A DNA stretch of 62,669 nucleotides, filler included, from Bonamia ostreae (Eukaryota), in the NCBI GenBank assembly GCA_040357525.1. It is 41 parts of 41 records of this genome, joined end to end, with 100 filler letters (N's around TTAATTAATTAA, not from the genome) between each part and the next. Parts side by side here need not be neighbours in the genome. Positions count along the whole stretch, not along the records: positions 23,053 to 24,486 come from JBDODL010001822.1; positions 24,587 to 26,019 come from JBDODL010001823.1; positions 26,120 to 27,552 come from JBDODL010001824.1; positions 27,653 to 29,084 come from JBDODL010001825.1; positions 29,185 to 30,615 come from JBDODL010001826.1; positions 30,716 to 32,146 come from JBDODL010001827.1; positions 32,247 to 33,676 come from JBDODL010001828.1; positions 33,777 to 35,206 come from JBDODL010001829.1; 33 more parts are not named here. One strand, written 5' to 3'. Position numbers and translations under genes: made by a program. Below are positions 23,225 to 36,971 of this stretch, piece by piece. Numbering within the stretch: the first letter of the stretch is position 1; each line of letters opens with the position of its first letter. A model generated the notes under the pieces. It was not told the origin of the DNA. It worked only from the letters and a program-made list of their open reading frames with translations, and did no database searches.

Positions 23225-23982
23225 CTAATACAAACGACAACATTGATTATTCTTCTTCGCGTTCTGTGCAAACATTTTGGACATCATTGACAAATCTTCC
23301 GAATCTTTAATCAAGTCATCCAAGTTCCTTCCAAGCCCCAAAAGATTGTCGATATTGTTGTTCATTATGTTTTCTATCTTCTCCAATTCGGTTCCTAAAA
23401 GCAGCAGTTTATCCGCTTCTTCCGGTTTCTGGAACCGGTCCATCAATTCTTGAAGTAGCTCAGTTTTTAACTGTTGATCGGTCGAAAAAGTTTTAAAATC
23501 TGTTTTGTCTTTGTTGTCATTTTTAAAAGTTTCTTCTTCGAAGAACAAAAGTGCTTTGTTGATGACTTCGAAGGCCACTCTTTCTGGATATTGGTTGTTC
23601 GTAACAAGAATTCCCGAGAGACCATTGTTTTGAACGAAAACCTTTTTATATTACGTTTTTGTAAAAATTGATGCAATTTTGTTTTAGCCATTTTGTTCGT
23701 TTTAAGTTATTTGTTTAAGCCATTTTAACAGAAAAACGTGTGCCAAAAAAGGAAAATCTTTCATTGCGATTTTTTGGCGTTCTTCAAAGCCGATGTTTTC
23801 GATTAATAAACGCGAAATAAACAAAAGATGTTCACGAACACTTCGTCTTTGAAGCCAGCCGAAAGAACTTAGTTCTTCGACACTTCCTAATTTTATCGGT
23901 TTCTCAGCCGCATTTTTGTCTTTTTGCAATTAAAAATATTACGGAAAATGCCTAGATACAAAATCTGAATTTTTTCCGCCAT
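23225..23982 (-). CDS. YKT6: R-SNARE Ykt6 (complete, 2 introns)
   Basis: Longin domain (LSSFGWLQRRSVRE, QYPERVAF), SNARE motif, C-terminal KKNNQCCRLY; introns 23920-23942 and 23642-23737. Confidence 0.95.
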
Positions 23983-24080
23983 TGCGCCTAATTTCTAAAG
24001 AATAAAATCAACTATATAAGAACAATTTAACAATCTAAAATGTTTTAAGCTTATTTTATAAATTAGCCAATTTTATATAA

Positions 24081-24486
24081 ATGCCGGTTTATCGTTTATT
24101 AAAACGAATACTGTTCGGCGCTAATAGCAAGAATTTTCCAAATTTTGCAAAAATTCCAATTTCGACTAAAAAAGCTGTTAAAACAGAAAATCTGAAAGAA
24201 ATGGTAAAAGATATTAAAAAAATGTCGAAAACTGCTGAAAACATTTTTAGGGACAATGATTTCAAAAAGTCCATCTTGTTTCAATCTTTGTCTTATTTTG
24301 TAATCGGTTTCGGAGCGATCTATATTACGACAAGATTAAATGATGAATCGTTCATAAATCATATGAATCAGAAAAGCTCTTTTTTCTCGGAATGGCTGAC
24401 TGAAGATTTTCATCGCAAGAATCCTGGCAAAGTTAACGACGAAACTAAAATTTTGAAGGATATTAGTTTCGAAGATGTTTGCGGCA
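24081..24486 (+). CDS. FtsH/YME1-like mitochondrial AAA metalloprotease, N-terminal part
   Basis: Basic presequence-like N-terminus, single TM, then ISFEDVCG, the typical entry to the AAA domain. Confidence 0.6.
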
Positions 24487-24779
24487 NNNNNNNNNNNNNN
24501 NNNNNNNNNNNNNNNNNNNNNNNNNNNNNNTTAATTAATTAANNNNNNNNNNNNNNNNNNNNNNNNNNNNNNNNNNNNNNNNNNNNAAATATTTCATCAT
24601 TCGGTCATTGCTATTGTCATGCTTTATATATATTCTTCCTCTGGTCCCAAAGCACCGAAGTTTTATTAATTTAGACGTAGTGTGAATATTTAGCTATGAC
24701 TTATCGCATGATAACTTCCCCCGTCGGATTCCCCATCACAATCTCGCAAGCCTGCAAGCTGCAGAACTATCTTTGATTT

Positions 24780-25452
24780 TTGTTCATGACCATGCACGGT
24801 AAACAACATATTTCGTAAATATATTTTGGAGTAAAACGTATTGGTAATTGTTACAATAATGTTCAAAGATTAAATTTCCCTTACACTGCAGCACCATTTA
24901 CTACGGCTGTATCAGCAAATATTGGTTTTATGACTTTGCAATAAGGAAATAATTGTCTGATTTCCTCCTGTAAAACACAGCTTTTAGAAAAGTCTCCCAC
25001 GATAATAATTGTTTTTGTCCCCAAAACGGAAGATTGATTACAGTGAACATGCTTTGCGATTTGTTCTATGATAGGGAAATTGAAGCTCAAAACTTTTTGC
25101 GCATATTTGCTCTGCAAGTACTTTCCCCATTGCTTCTAGTTTGAAATCTTTCCGTTATATTTTCCTGAGGATTATGATTTTTGAAACACTTTCTCAATTC
25201 AACAGGTAACAAAATTTCTAAAAATCTATGTTTTCCAAATTTGGACATTTTTGTTATCGAATACATCCCGCAGTTTCATGTATTCTTCAAAGTAATTGAT
25301 CTGGAAATCTTCTTTCCCCATAATATCAGACATGAACTCAAGAAACTTAACGTAAACGTGGTTTCCTCCATAAACGTATCCCAATGTGTGAAAGATTTCT
25401 GTTGTTTCTCCCGATTGGTTTATTTCATACACTGGCGTTTCGAAATCCTCAT
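24780..25452 (-). pseudogene. HSPA12: HSPA12-like (Hsp70 12A/B) pseudogene, host-type
   Basis: YGGNHVYVKFLEFMSDIMG and IIIVGDFSKSCVLQEEIRQLFP...AVVNGAAV resemble HSPA12; broken by stops and frameshifts. Confidence 0.75.
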
Positions 25453-26119
25453 CTGTGACAATATTTAAGTGTTTACCATATTGTGGTAATACTTAATATA
25501 GATGATATAGAAGTCATTGATATATTAATTTTAATGCCATAAAATTCTATTATATATACATATGTGTATAAATATGATTCATAATTCCTGAGTACTATAC
25601 AAAATATACCTAGAATATAGGGAGGTGTATCGTTAAACATCTGGGCCATTTTTTAATTACAACCTTTTATGGAATGATAGAATCTGCATCGAAAAGTTCC
25701 AAGTACAAGTTAACGTTACTGTAAAAGATAGTGGATCAGATATTGTTTGGCAAGCTATGTTCCCTGTTAAGGATCAGATAATTCTTGTGGAATTTTGATC
25801 TTAATTTACAATTAAGATGCAATAGGATGAACGTTGGAAGTATGCGTACCTGTGGTATTCCAAGTGCCAAGAATGTACCAGTCTCTAACTCCACGGAGAA
25901 AATTGATAAGCTATCTATGTAAAACAATTTATATAAAGGCATGTATAGTCATATACAATAACCTAGATGAAAGCGCGGGAAATCACAATTAAAAAACGTT
26001 ACATAGAGGAGCGACTTTTNNNNNNNNNNNNNNNNNNNNNNNNNNNNNNNNNNNNNNNNNNNNTTAATTAATTAANNNNNNNNNNNNNNNNNNNNNNNNN
26101 NNNNNNNNNNNNNNNNNNN

Positions 26120-27122
26120 AAACGATCCTGACATAAGACAAGAACAGCTTGCTTTGCAACTAATTTTTCTGTTTAACGATATTTGGAATGTTTTTAAAAT
26201 ATTTTTAAACAAAGAGAGCCAATTTGCCACTAAAACTGACTTATTATGAAATATTTGTTATTTCTGAGAACGGAGGCGTTATTGAAGCCATTCCTAACGC
26301 CGTTTCTATCGATCAAATTAAAAAACAAAATGTTTAAAATTTAAAAAAAAATTAAAAAATTTAAAAACAAATTAAAGAAAATTGAATTTTTGTCAGAATA
26401 TTATAATAAAAAATGGGGGAGATCCAAAAAATCGCTGAAAATGGCGCGGAAAATGTTTTTGGAATCAATGGCGGCGTACTCTTTGATAACTTATTTTTTG
26501 AGAGTCAAAGATCGCCACAACGGAAACATTTTAATCAATGAAAACGGATCCGTCGCTCATATTGATTTCGGTTATTTTCTATCCAACAGGTTCAATAAAT
26601 TGCGCGATTTTAACACATTTTTGACAAAATTGAATTAATTGGAAGTCCCGGCGGAAATGTAAATTTTGAATCTGTACCATTCAAATTATCTTCAGAACAT
26701 GTCAAAGTAATGTGCGGAAACGAAAATTTGGATTCTTTTGAATATTTTAAAGTTAAATTTTTCAGTTTTTCGATTTTGCGTTGGCAATAATTTGGAAATG
26801 AAATTTTGTTAACAAAATTAATGGTGAAATTTAAAGTTGTTGGTTATCAAAGGATTCTTAGAAGCAAGAAAATATTGGGATTTTATTGCGATGATATTAA
26901 ATTTGGTCAAATCTACGGGTACTTCAATGCCGTGCTTCAGAGATTTTAACGCTGTCGAAAAAATGGTTGAGAGATTTTGTATTAAAAAAAGTGACCAAGT
27001 TTTTTCTTGCTTAAAACAAGGAATGCATTGAATATGTGTATTGGTTGATTGAAGAGAGTCTAGATAATTGGAGAACAACTCAATATGATTCATATCAGCG
27101 AATCACGAATGGAATTTTATGA
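26120..27122 (+). CDS. PI4KB: Phosphatidylinositol 4-kinase (type III beta-like), C-terminal catalytic region
   Basis: [55 protein letters not shown]; introns 26190-26214, 26332-26377, 26590-26645, 26752-26836, 26999-27020. Confidence 0.95.
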
Positions 27123-27859
27123 AAATTATAATTAAAATACTCTAAATTTTAAATTAATCAAAGTAAAAAAATGAAATAATTAATAAAAGAAAATATTACA
27201 TTATAAAGGAACAAACTCTAACTAAACACAACCCCAATGTCCTATAAAGAACAAAAAAGTTAAAATACAAGCAATAATTATCAAAACAAAATAACAATAT
27301 AATACATGCAAAAAAAAAAAATCAAAATCTTATAAAACAAATAAACAAAAAAATATAATAAAATATTAAAACTATAAAAATAAAATAAAATATACACTTT
27401 ATAATTCTAAAAAAAAGTAATAAAAACATTACTCTCTCATTAAAAATCAAATCATAATAAACCCATATAAAAATTCATAACAAAATTAAATATGTATCAA
27501 ATTAAAAGTTAAAAATAACGATCTAAAATAAAAAAAAAAAATGAAAATGACANNNNNNNNNNNNNNNNNNNNNNNNNNNNNNNNNNNNNNNNNNNNTTAA
27601 TTAATTAANNNNNNNNNNNNNNNNNNNNNNNNNNNNNNNNNNNNNNNNNNNNCGACAGGTAACACCCGCCGTGAAATTTATATTTTGATCAGGTGAACGG
27701 CGTTATACGTAGTAACAATCAATTTCCCAAGAATGGCGAAGCAATCTGTCCCAATATTTTCTCAAAGAGTTAAAGTTCTGAAACTAAAATCTACACTGTA
27801 TGGGACTATGACTTATCAATGCGAGTGGTTCCTGAAAAGACTATTTGTCTTCTAGTCTG

Positions 27860-28950
27860 CTGAAAAACTTTAGTTCCCTTTGGAGATTCTTGGGGCCTTG
27901 ATTTATACAAACTGGAATCTGCATTACCTTAGGATGTTTGTTTATTAATCTTAGTTAAAATGACTAATCATGATCTTGCTGTTCATATGACAAAACTGAG
28001 TTTGTACTACCTGAGGATATTTGCATATCTATTGGACTAAGCATAACCTTCTTGTTGTTGAAATGATCTTTAAAAAACACTAGTTTTTATAAATGCATTA
28101 CGATATGTAAATGCTTTATTCCTTATTGTGGGTCCATCCTATCTCGTTGGGGTATGGTTTGAAACAGTTTACAATCTACTCTATGCAGGAAAGTTTCATA
28201 TCTTTTACGGTCCAATTGGTTCTTGAGAAAAAAAATCTTAAATAACCCCACCCTACTTTACCTCTATGATGGATCATCTCCCTTAGAAGACTCTTCAATT
28301 GAATAATTGTGTGTCACTTTCACTCAAGGATGCTCTGTACCAAATTCAGCTGCTCTGGAGTAGTCGAAAATGTAAAGTTCAATGGCGGGTGGACGAGCAG
28401 CTGTGAATGGGCAACGAGTGACCGGGAAATCTCATTTGACTTTACAGCTCTAGTAAGTGAAAGGGGAAAATTGTTTACCAAGGTGTAAGGAAGAACGTTC
28501 TTTCCACAGTTTTGTATCCCTATATATAAAAAAGTCCCTACTCTGGCCCCACCATTCCTAGAGGAGTTATAATGTAAAGAGACCTACATCCACATAACAT
28601 GAGGTTGCATGCACATCAATTTGACATTCCGCATACTTGTCTTTCTTCAAACTCCAACAATCTTAAATTCTTCAGTAATGAAGTTGATATGTGGATTTCG
28701 GAATATCTGGTCCGGTGGATCCTGAGATTTTTAAGCAACCCACACAATTTTCCCTCGGAGCAGTTTGTAATCTTTCATTTAAACAAAATTGTATCTTTTG
28801 ATATACACCTGTTCGTGCTAACTTTGGTTGAAATTGACCGAATGCTTCTTAACAGTAAGTAGAAAATATGAAAAGTGTACACACAAGAGACAGAAGGCGA
28901 ACACATTTTCATCGGAAAAGCTCAATTGAGCTTTAAAGTCAAATTATCTG
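27860..28950. mobile_element. Degenerate bivalve-type Helitron/Helentron-like non-autonomous repeat fragments
   Basis: aaaagctcaattgagcttt (~28917) and a degenerate copy (~28427), plus caaggatgctctgtaccaaatt, resemble abundant oyster interspersed repeats (from memory). Confidence 0.5.
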
Positions 28951-31900
28951 ATCAAAAATAAAAAAAAAAACCAATTTCGATTAGATCATCAATAAGAGTT
29001 CAAACTTGATGTTTTCAGTTTGCCAATTACCGCCTCTTGATTGAGGGTTGTGGTACTAGGTATGTATCATCAATATAATATTTCNNNNNNNNNNNNNNNN
29101 NNNNNNNNNNNNNNNNNNNNNNNNNNNNTTAATTAATTAANNNNNNNNNNNNNNNNNNNNNNNNNNNNNNNNNNNNNNNNNNNNAGTGCATATAGTGCTA
29201 CAATTTTCAATCACCTGGAAATATTGTCGATTTCAGTTTATGCATTAGGATAAGAAATCCAGTTGAGCCATTCTATTTAGCTACTTTTTGCGCCATAGCG
29301 GCATTTTTGTGTAAACATCTTAGGAAGTACACCGCGACCACTTATTGAAAGTTGAAAGAAAATATATAATACTTATTTCTTATTCAATCAATTATGATGA
29401 TTATTATCACTGTTATCATTATCATTATTATTATTATTATAACTATTTATTATTGGTACAATTATTATTCATATTTGCGATTTCGAGTGGATGGAGTGAA
29501 TTCGGTAATTTATTGTTTCAAAAATATTAAACAGCTTGTCCTACATAAACCCATTGTCGATGAATACCCTGCAAGATGAGTTTAATATGATGTTTCTAAA
29601 TGTTTGTGGGTGATAGCTGTTGAAACGCTAGTGTATTACTTAAACTCTGAAATACATACAGGTCATGCAGAAAAGTAACATTTTGACCAACCACCTAGAT
29701 GCTCATACATGCATTAATGCCTGTTCTATTCGATTTGAATAGTTATACATGTATTACATCATTATTTTATGGCAATATTAATGATATGTACAAGTTCTCA
29801 AAATTTGTACAAGAAAAGCGATGCTCCTTGCTCATATAAAATAGATATGGAGGAGTAGGACGACCAGTGGACTAACAAAAGTATGAAAATAAATGAAAAG
29901 CCTAAACCAAATGATGATACTAATATACAACCCTTAAAATGAATTAATCTGCCCTAACCTCAAAGTCCTAATATGTGCGTGTGTGCGTGTGTGTGACAAA
30001 GGGTGAGTGATTCTTCATGAGTACAGTATATGGATTCAATTAATCAATTCATGCTACTTTACAACTACCATTCATTCATTTGTGCTATGATACTATGAAA
30101 AAAGTGGGGAGTGGCCAAACCAGATTTTGAGCATACGAACATCGACTTAGAATGTAGAAATAATGGACAAAGTACATTGGCCTCAAATTGGGGATGGGGT
30201 GGGACAAAGGAGCTGCTACATGACTTGGAAATTGATATAAGAAATGAAAAATATGATCTACAACATTTTTAATTCATCACTAAACATTTGGGGGAAGGGT
30301 TTAATGATAAATTATTTGATGATAGACTGTTCATATACATATTCATATCACTTTATATCTGTGTTATCTTCTGCATTTATTTTTACAAGGTCTTGTTTCT
30401 GTGTTAAAGGCTTATTTTTAGATCAACTACTAGATTTACTAACTGGAATATAGGAGATTGATATACAATTGAATATTATCAAAGAAAATGTCAGTACAGA
30501 TCAATTAAGCTTTTATAAAAAATTAGTCTAAATTGAATACTGTTTACATTTAACAACTTTCAAAAAGCAAATGCGTAAATTTCAATTCTGGAAATGTTTA
30601 AGGAGGTGTGCTACANNNNNNNNNNNNNNNNNNNNNNNNNNNNNNNNNNNNNNNNNNNNTTAATTAATTAANNNNNNNNNNNNNNNNNNNNNNNNNNNNN
30701 NNNNNNNNNNNNNNNAGGGGTGAGATAGACAGGAAATCCACATATATATTAGAGAAATTATCACAGCAAAAGTTATCAAAAATGAGGGGGAGGGTAATAT
30801 TCGGTGCCTGTGGGTGCACTTCACGCCATTTGACGTCACAGTAAAAAGTAGGACACGACGTACGGGTCTATTGTTGTATTGCGGGGAAATATCATGTTTT
30901 GTCGTTATTTACTACCGTTCATGTTCAAGCTGTATGTACACTGTATGTAAATCTGTTCTGTCAAACTCTTTTCAAATGAATTTTGTTTTGTTTACTTTTC
31001 TTTGATATTATGTAATTCTCTTGTTTTTATATTCAGTATACCTACAGTAATTGTCATGTTACACTGTGACCTCAAAATCTTCCCCATGTCCATAATTGAT
31101 AGTTAAACAAAGTCGATCATATGCAAATAACGAAGATTGTTTCCTGATATTTTGTGTGAAACTAGTAGTTGGAAATGTTGCTTGGTACTGTTATAATCAA
31201 TCTTTTTTTTGCAAGAGATTCCCTCACATTTTAAGATATTTGAAAATATCCTTCTAATATTGACGATTCTAGGAATAGTTAGGAATTTCCCAAACAAATT
31301 TCAAATAAGCCTATGTTTTACCTCCCTAGCTAATTTATATTTTAGTGTTATGGGATTTTTCAACAAAGCCATTTATTAGAGGTTAAAATATGGAAATATC
31401 GAGTCATGTGACTGTTACGATCATGTATCAATACAAAGAGGGGGTCTTCTCTCGACTGCTAAATGTTTCTAATTTCGTTTAAGAAACGTATTCATAGGGA
31501 CATAGGTGTTGGCGACATAATAACGGATATCTGAAGTGTCATTTTCACTAACTTTATGTAGTTAGGGAACCCTTAAACATTGTTGAACACAGTAAGTTTT
31601 GTGCGGATACTATGTTGAACTAATAGCTTTTTTTTTTTACTTAAATTAAAAGTTAATGAAGTGTGACATCGATTATATTTGGTCTCTTACATAAACGAAA
31701 TGGATGAAAGCGTTTTCCCTGTGAATTTTGGGGAAACGTTCCATCACATTTACGTTACTTCCTTGTGAACTAGTCAGATTTCCTACATTGTATACATTGC
31801 CGTTGCACTCATATAGAAATGCAGTACTTAGAGTCTTGGTACAGTTATCCCATCTTCCAAAAGAGGTACTTAAATGTTGGGTTGTTTATATGATGGTATT

Positions 31901-32035
31901 TTGCCCCTAGTATTTTGACCCTCATTGGTGGGATGGGATGATCGAATTAAAATGTTTATAGAGAACTTCATTACCTCCATTATTGATTGAAATATGTGTT
32001 CATATATATCTGTATAAGTAACACTTAAAATTCAC

Positions 32036-32146
32036 ACCGGTCGCGGTAACTCAGCGGTACAGTCGCGAGTTCGAGCCCCACTGATGCCGTGTTCGCGTCA
32101 ATCATACTACATAAACATACGTAGCAATTGTTCCCTCACCAAACGC
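32036..32146 (+). mobile_element. tRNA-derived SINE head (degenerate)
   Basis: A-box-like gtaactcagcggta and B-box-like gagttcgagccc with the anticodon arm missing, followed by non-tRNA body sequence. Confidence 0.6.
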
Positions 32147-33776
32147 NNNNNNNNNNNNNNNNNNNNNNNNNNNNNNNNNNNNNNNNNNNNTTAATTAATT
32201 AANNNNNNNNNNNNNNNNNNNNNNNNNNNNNNNNNNNNNNNNNNNNAGAGTGTGCCAAAACAGTGGAGTCAACAGCATTTGATACATATCTGATTGAATA
32301 CATCGTTACATGTACAGTGTTCAGCGTAATAGTCAATAAGTAGTCCACACAGTAACTAAGAAATAAGCTTGCCTAAAACTTAACTGGGTCACTCAATTTA
32401 GAGAATTTTACATAAATTACAGCATATAAATCTACTTTGATGGTGGGTATAAACGCAGCGTGGGAAAGAAAACACGACCGACAATACCATGATTCTGACC
32501 TGAGATCCCTGAATATCGAAACATGTTTCATCAAACACCAACGGATCTAGTAGTGCCTTGTCAACAACCATCAAACCAGCCTGGCCATACTGTAGATGTT
32601 TTTGTAACTAGCTATTGTTTTAGGTCGTTTAATTGACAATCTAAGCAAAATGATGAGCCGATACGAAACAATTTATCGTAAAAAAAAAAAAGACCAATCT
32701 TTTCACACATCTACCTTAAGGAAAGGAAAATTATTTTTTCAGAAGTGCTAGCAAAGTTTTGGCCGAGGTAGGCTTTCGTCTAAGGGAATTAAGATATTTA
32801 AATCAGTTGAAAGGTAGAAAATGCTATATTGTAATGAAAATAGCTTAAACCATCAAAATTCGTCTAAGGTTATTACTTTTCGATTAGCAGCATGGTGATT
32901 TGCGGAAATTTCATGCAAGTATATTAGTACTCCTTCAGCATTGGTTTCAGCATGTTTCATCTACACCATGGTTCATGACGCAAAATGCATTCATTTCAAC
33001 ATTGATTTGTAATACAAAAGAATTCTCATATAAAACCTGTCAGAAAGACCCAATTCAAAGAATATTTTTGAAGTCATGAGTCCCATACAGTCACTTCAAA
33101 TTAGTAGAAATAAGACTAAGTGTTTTGAAAAGTGAATTAAATAACTTACCTTTGGATAAATGCACAACATCGATCCTGTCAAATTGCTAAATGATAAATG
33201 TCCGATGGGAGGCAGTGGTTTCGGTTTGTTTACGACCGAAAGCTAAAATAAAACATGTTTCCTTTAGAGTAAAATCAAAATTCAAGTTAATAAGTAAATG
33301 AAATTGTAATGCAATACGTGGATTTATAAACCGTATACCAAGACATTTTCGCCATGTGTGATTACTGTCCACGCGCATTGGGGTTTGTATAAAATGTTCA
33401 AAGCCTAGCATATATTATGAATTCATATTCTCCAAGTTTTGAAATTTCTTGTTCAACATGAGAGAGAAATGGGTGAAAATAAAATAGGGAGGTGGTGAGT
33501 AAATGTCCTTGTCAACAGTATTAAAATGTAAACGACAACACACAGTTAGAGGTAGATAAATCAAACTACAGCGGCGGCAGTAATTGCACGATTATCGGTT
33601 CATATGTATAGTACCTAGATGCTGTCATAATACAGTTATACCGCATGCAAGTGTTTGCCTTTTAATATACTCTCCANNNNNNNNNNNNNNNNNNNNNNNN
33701 NNNNNNNNNNNNNNNNNNNNTTAATTAATTAANNNNNNNNNNNNNNNNNNNNNNNNNNNNNNNNNNNNNNNNNNNN

Positions 33777-35010
33777 TCCGTTTTTAATGAACAATAAATT
33801 TAATATCAATCAAAACAAACCGTTAACGATTTTGCAGACAAACCCATTCTATGTAAAATAAGACTTGTTCTGCTGTTGCTGAAACTTGAAACAGACATTT
33901 TCTTTTCGATTGAAGGTCGATCTTGAAATTTTTTGGGAAAAATCTTCAGCTCAAAATGACTCAAATCCGCGACTTTTTTGTCCAAGTCCAAAACGTGATT
34001 GTTGTCGTCTATTCGGTAACTGATATTCAAAAATTTGGGATTAAAGTTGTTGTCAAAATTTTCCTTTTGATTGATAAATTTTAACGAAAACATCACGAAG
34101 ATCATATTTACGATCTCGAAAAGTTTTACAACTTTGAATAAGAACATTCTGCAAATTATCGTTATTGTTAAATTTTAGTTTTATCTCGTTTGGAATTGAA
34201 ACGCAACAAACACAAATTTGTTTAAAATCGCCATTTAAATTGTTTTTTAAGAAAAAAAGTTTTTGGAATTTTTTGTTTGGAATTTCAGCGCTTTCAATTA
34301 TTCGAAATTTGTCGTCGATTTCATTTTTTTCGTACAAAGAGCAATGTTTTATCATTTTATTGCTATTTTGAGTTGAGTACTTTTATTAAAATTTAGCTTT
34401 CCGGATTTAAAGTTTTCTTGTTTTTTTAAACAAAACAAAATAAAAATGACTAAAAATTTCGAAAAACGACATATTCGATCATGTTTAGAAGATCGAAATA
34501 TTTTGATTTTGGTTTGATTTGGATATCGAAAATTCGATTATCGAAATCTTCAATTTCGATATTGATCAAATCGATTTTTATTGTCCGCAAATTCGGATTT
34601 ATGATTTGATTTAATATATTGTCGTCTAAATTGGAATGTTTAGTTGAAAGCTTTTTGTTCGGATTTTCTTTTAAAGGGATCTTTTCAGAGGAATGAAAAA
34701 TCACGTTGGATTCAACATCCGGCAACAAACTTTTCAAAATGCTGTCCGTCTAAATTTTGGCAATTTTAAAGTTTTATTAAAATTTAGTTTTCGACAAAAA
34801 TTTAACAATTTTTTCGTTATTTGAATCGATTTCGTTTCCTTCGTTTCTAAAGTACAGCGAAAAATTTTCGACAAGTCTGTCTAAATTTTATTTAAATTTG
34901 ACCTTCTTCGTCAACGCTTTTAGGGACCATAATTGAGATGATTTGATTTATTAATGATTCCAAAGTCGCATTCAATTTGAACTGGTGACGAAGCGGTCTT
35001 TTCGGCATTG
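33777..35010 (-). CDS. Hypothetical multi-exon protist protein (partial)
   Basis: Three same-strand ORFs plus tiny introns such as 34881-34902 (GTCAAATTTAAATAAAATTTAG). Confidence 0.55.
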
Positions 35011-35029
35011 TTTGATTTGCAAAAATTGC

Positions 35030-35206
35030 AAAATTTTGAAATTTGGATAAAATTAAATTTGTGACAAAATTAAAAATTGGAAAAACTTTTCAATAAAATT
35101 TTGAAATTTGACAAAATTAAATTTGCGACAAAAATAAAATTTTGAAAAACTTTTCAATAAAAATTTTGAAATTTGACAAAATTAAAAAATTTGTGACAAA
35201 ATTAAA
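35030..35206. repeat. AT-rich tandem repeat, ~65 bp unit
   Basis: aaaattttgaaatttgacaaaattaaatttgtgacaaaa repeated to the contig end. Confidence 0.8.
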
Positions 35207-36971
35207 NNNNNNNNNNNNNNNNNNNNNNNNNNNNNNNNNNNNNNNNNNNNTTAATTAATTAANNNNNNNNNNNNNNNNNNNNNNNNNNNNNNNNNNNNNN
35301 NNNNNNTATATATGATAAACCGGCATTATCATTAAGATGGGAGTTATTACTTTATAGGCAAAACTTCATTTTTCTCAAAGGATGGATAGATTTGCTCAGT
35401 ACAAAAATGCATCATTTCATAACCTGTTTTGGGCCATTTATGTTAAAAGTATTTTGATGAATGTGGCTCATCTTATTTATGGACGACGCAACATTTTAGC
35501 TGGATAAAAAACGAAGTAAAAAGAATATACATGTTACACAAAATTGGAAAAAAATAATGTTTATAATTCATCTAAGGGTATTAATTATCGAACCTATAAA
35601 GAAATACGTGAACCAAAAAATTAGCTTGCCTAAAAAAATTCAACTTTTAGATCTAACAATTTTAAACTTCCAAATGACAGTGGGAGATGGAATGGTATTT
35701 TTAGAGAACAAAGGGCTTGCACTTTAGAAGATTATGTTAAGATTGTTATGTTTTTGAATGCACATAAAAAGAAATTAAAGAGGCAAGATAAAAAATACAT
35801 CAAATAATCTCAGATAATGACCAACTATAAAGTTTAAACAACTCTTTTCAACAAAAAATAAATAAATTGTGCAGTATTAAAAAAAAAATGCAAATATCTG
35901 CGGTTAATTGTCAAACAAATCTTAGATACCAATGATTGACTTGAATTATTTCATGATAATTAGTACTGTTCTTATGTGTATACATGTATTATATTCTCTT
36001 CCTGTGTGTTTGTATGTTATATTTTCCTATCTCCTCTCTACAGTATATGTTTCTATTTTTAAGAAGGTAAAGTTATTGCCATTGGGAAAAACAGACATCA
36101 AAGTTGGAAGATCAAAAGCTAATCAAAGAATTGAAATGATATGGATATGGAGAATCGGTCATATCTTTAAAAATGTTCCTCAAGTACTGAGTGAAATGCC
36201 GTTTCCAAAAACTCCATATAATTTCAATCTACTGATTAGCAGTTAATCTTTCAACTTTATTGTCTATCCCCCCCCCCCCCCCAATAACATACTGTAATTG
36301 CGTTTTTGCAAAAATGTAATGATATAACAAACCAATTACCTACCAAGGATAAAATTATTTGCACCTTTAATAAACACCATACCAACATCTAATGTGTGAA
36401 ATTGATCATTGATTCCCTGCTAGTGCTAAGATAAATATGACATTAGTGTGTAGCAAGTATTGTAACAATCACTAATGGCAAATTCAAATCCACCAATGTC
36501 AACACTAAACCACTAGAAAGCATCATATAGCAACCACTTATGAAAAACTTACATTAATTCAATTACATTGAATTAATTACAATAATTCAGATACACCCTG
36601 TAACTATGGATACTGTAGTATGTTTGAGAACTTTTCCGATATACATTCAATCTCTTGATATAACTAATACACTCTAACTAACATTAGATGATGGATCCGC
36701 TCGCGTACTAGCATACTTAAAACCGATGCGAGTACNNNNNNNNNNNNNNNNNNNNNNNNNNNNNNNNNNNNNNNNNNNNTTAATTAATTAANNNNNNNNN
36801 NNNNNNNNNNNNNNNNNNNNNNNNNNNNNNNNNNNATTTTTATATTTATTTCGAATTGCAATTTCTTATAAAACATTTCAGTTTTTTTTTTAATTCAATT
36901 TTTTAAAATGTTTAAATCGAAACTTTAATTTATCAAATCTTTGAAACCTTTTTGTAAATTTACCAAAAAAG

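Noticed and set aside
32036-32085. Functional tRNA gene
   Set aside because: A and B boxes are too close, with no anticodon arm or acceptor stem; better explained as a SINE head.
27653-36735. Short 60-100 aa ORFs in the gene-poor contigs (also 6157-7594, 39894-41322, 42951-45904, 47531-48956, 61248-62669)
   Set aside because: No recognisable motifs or coding bias; consistent with host intronic or intergenic DNA. The protist contig at 33777-35206 is excluded from this rejection.
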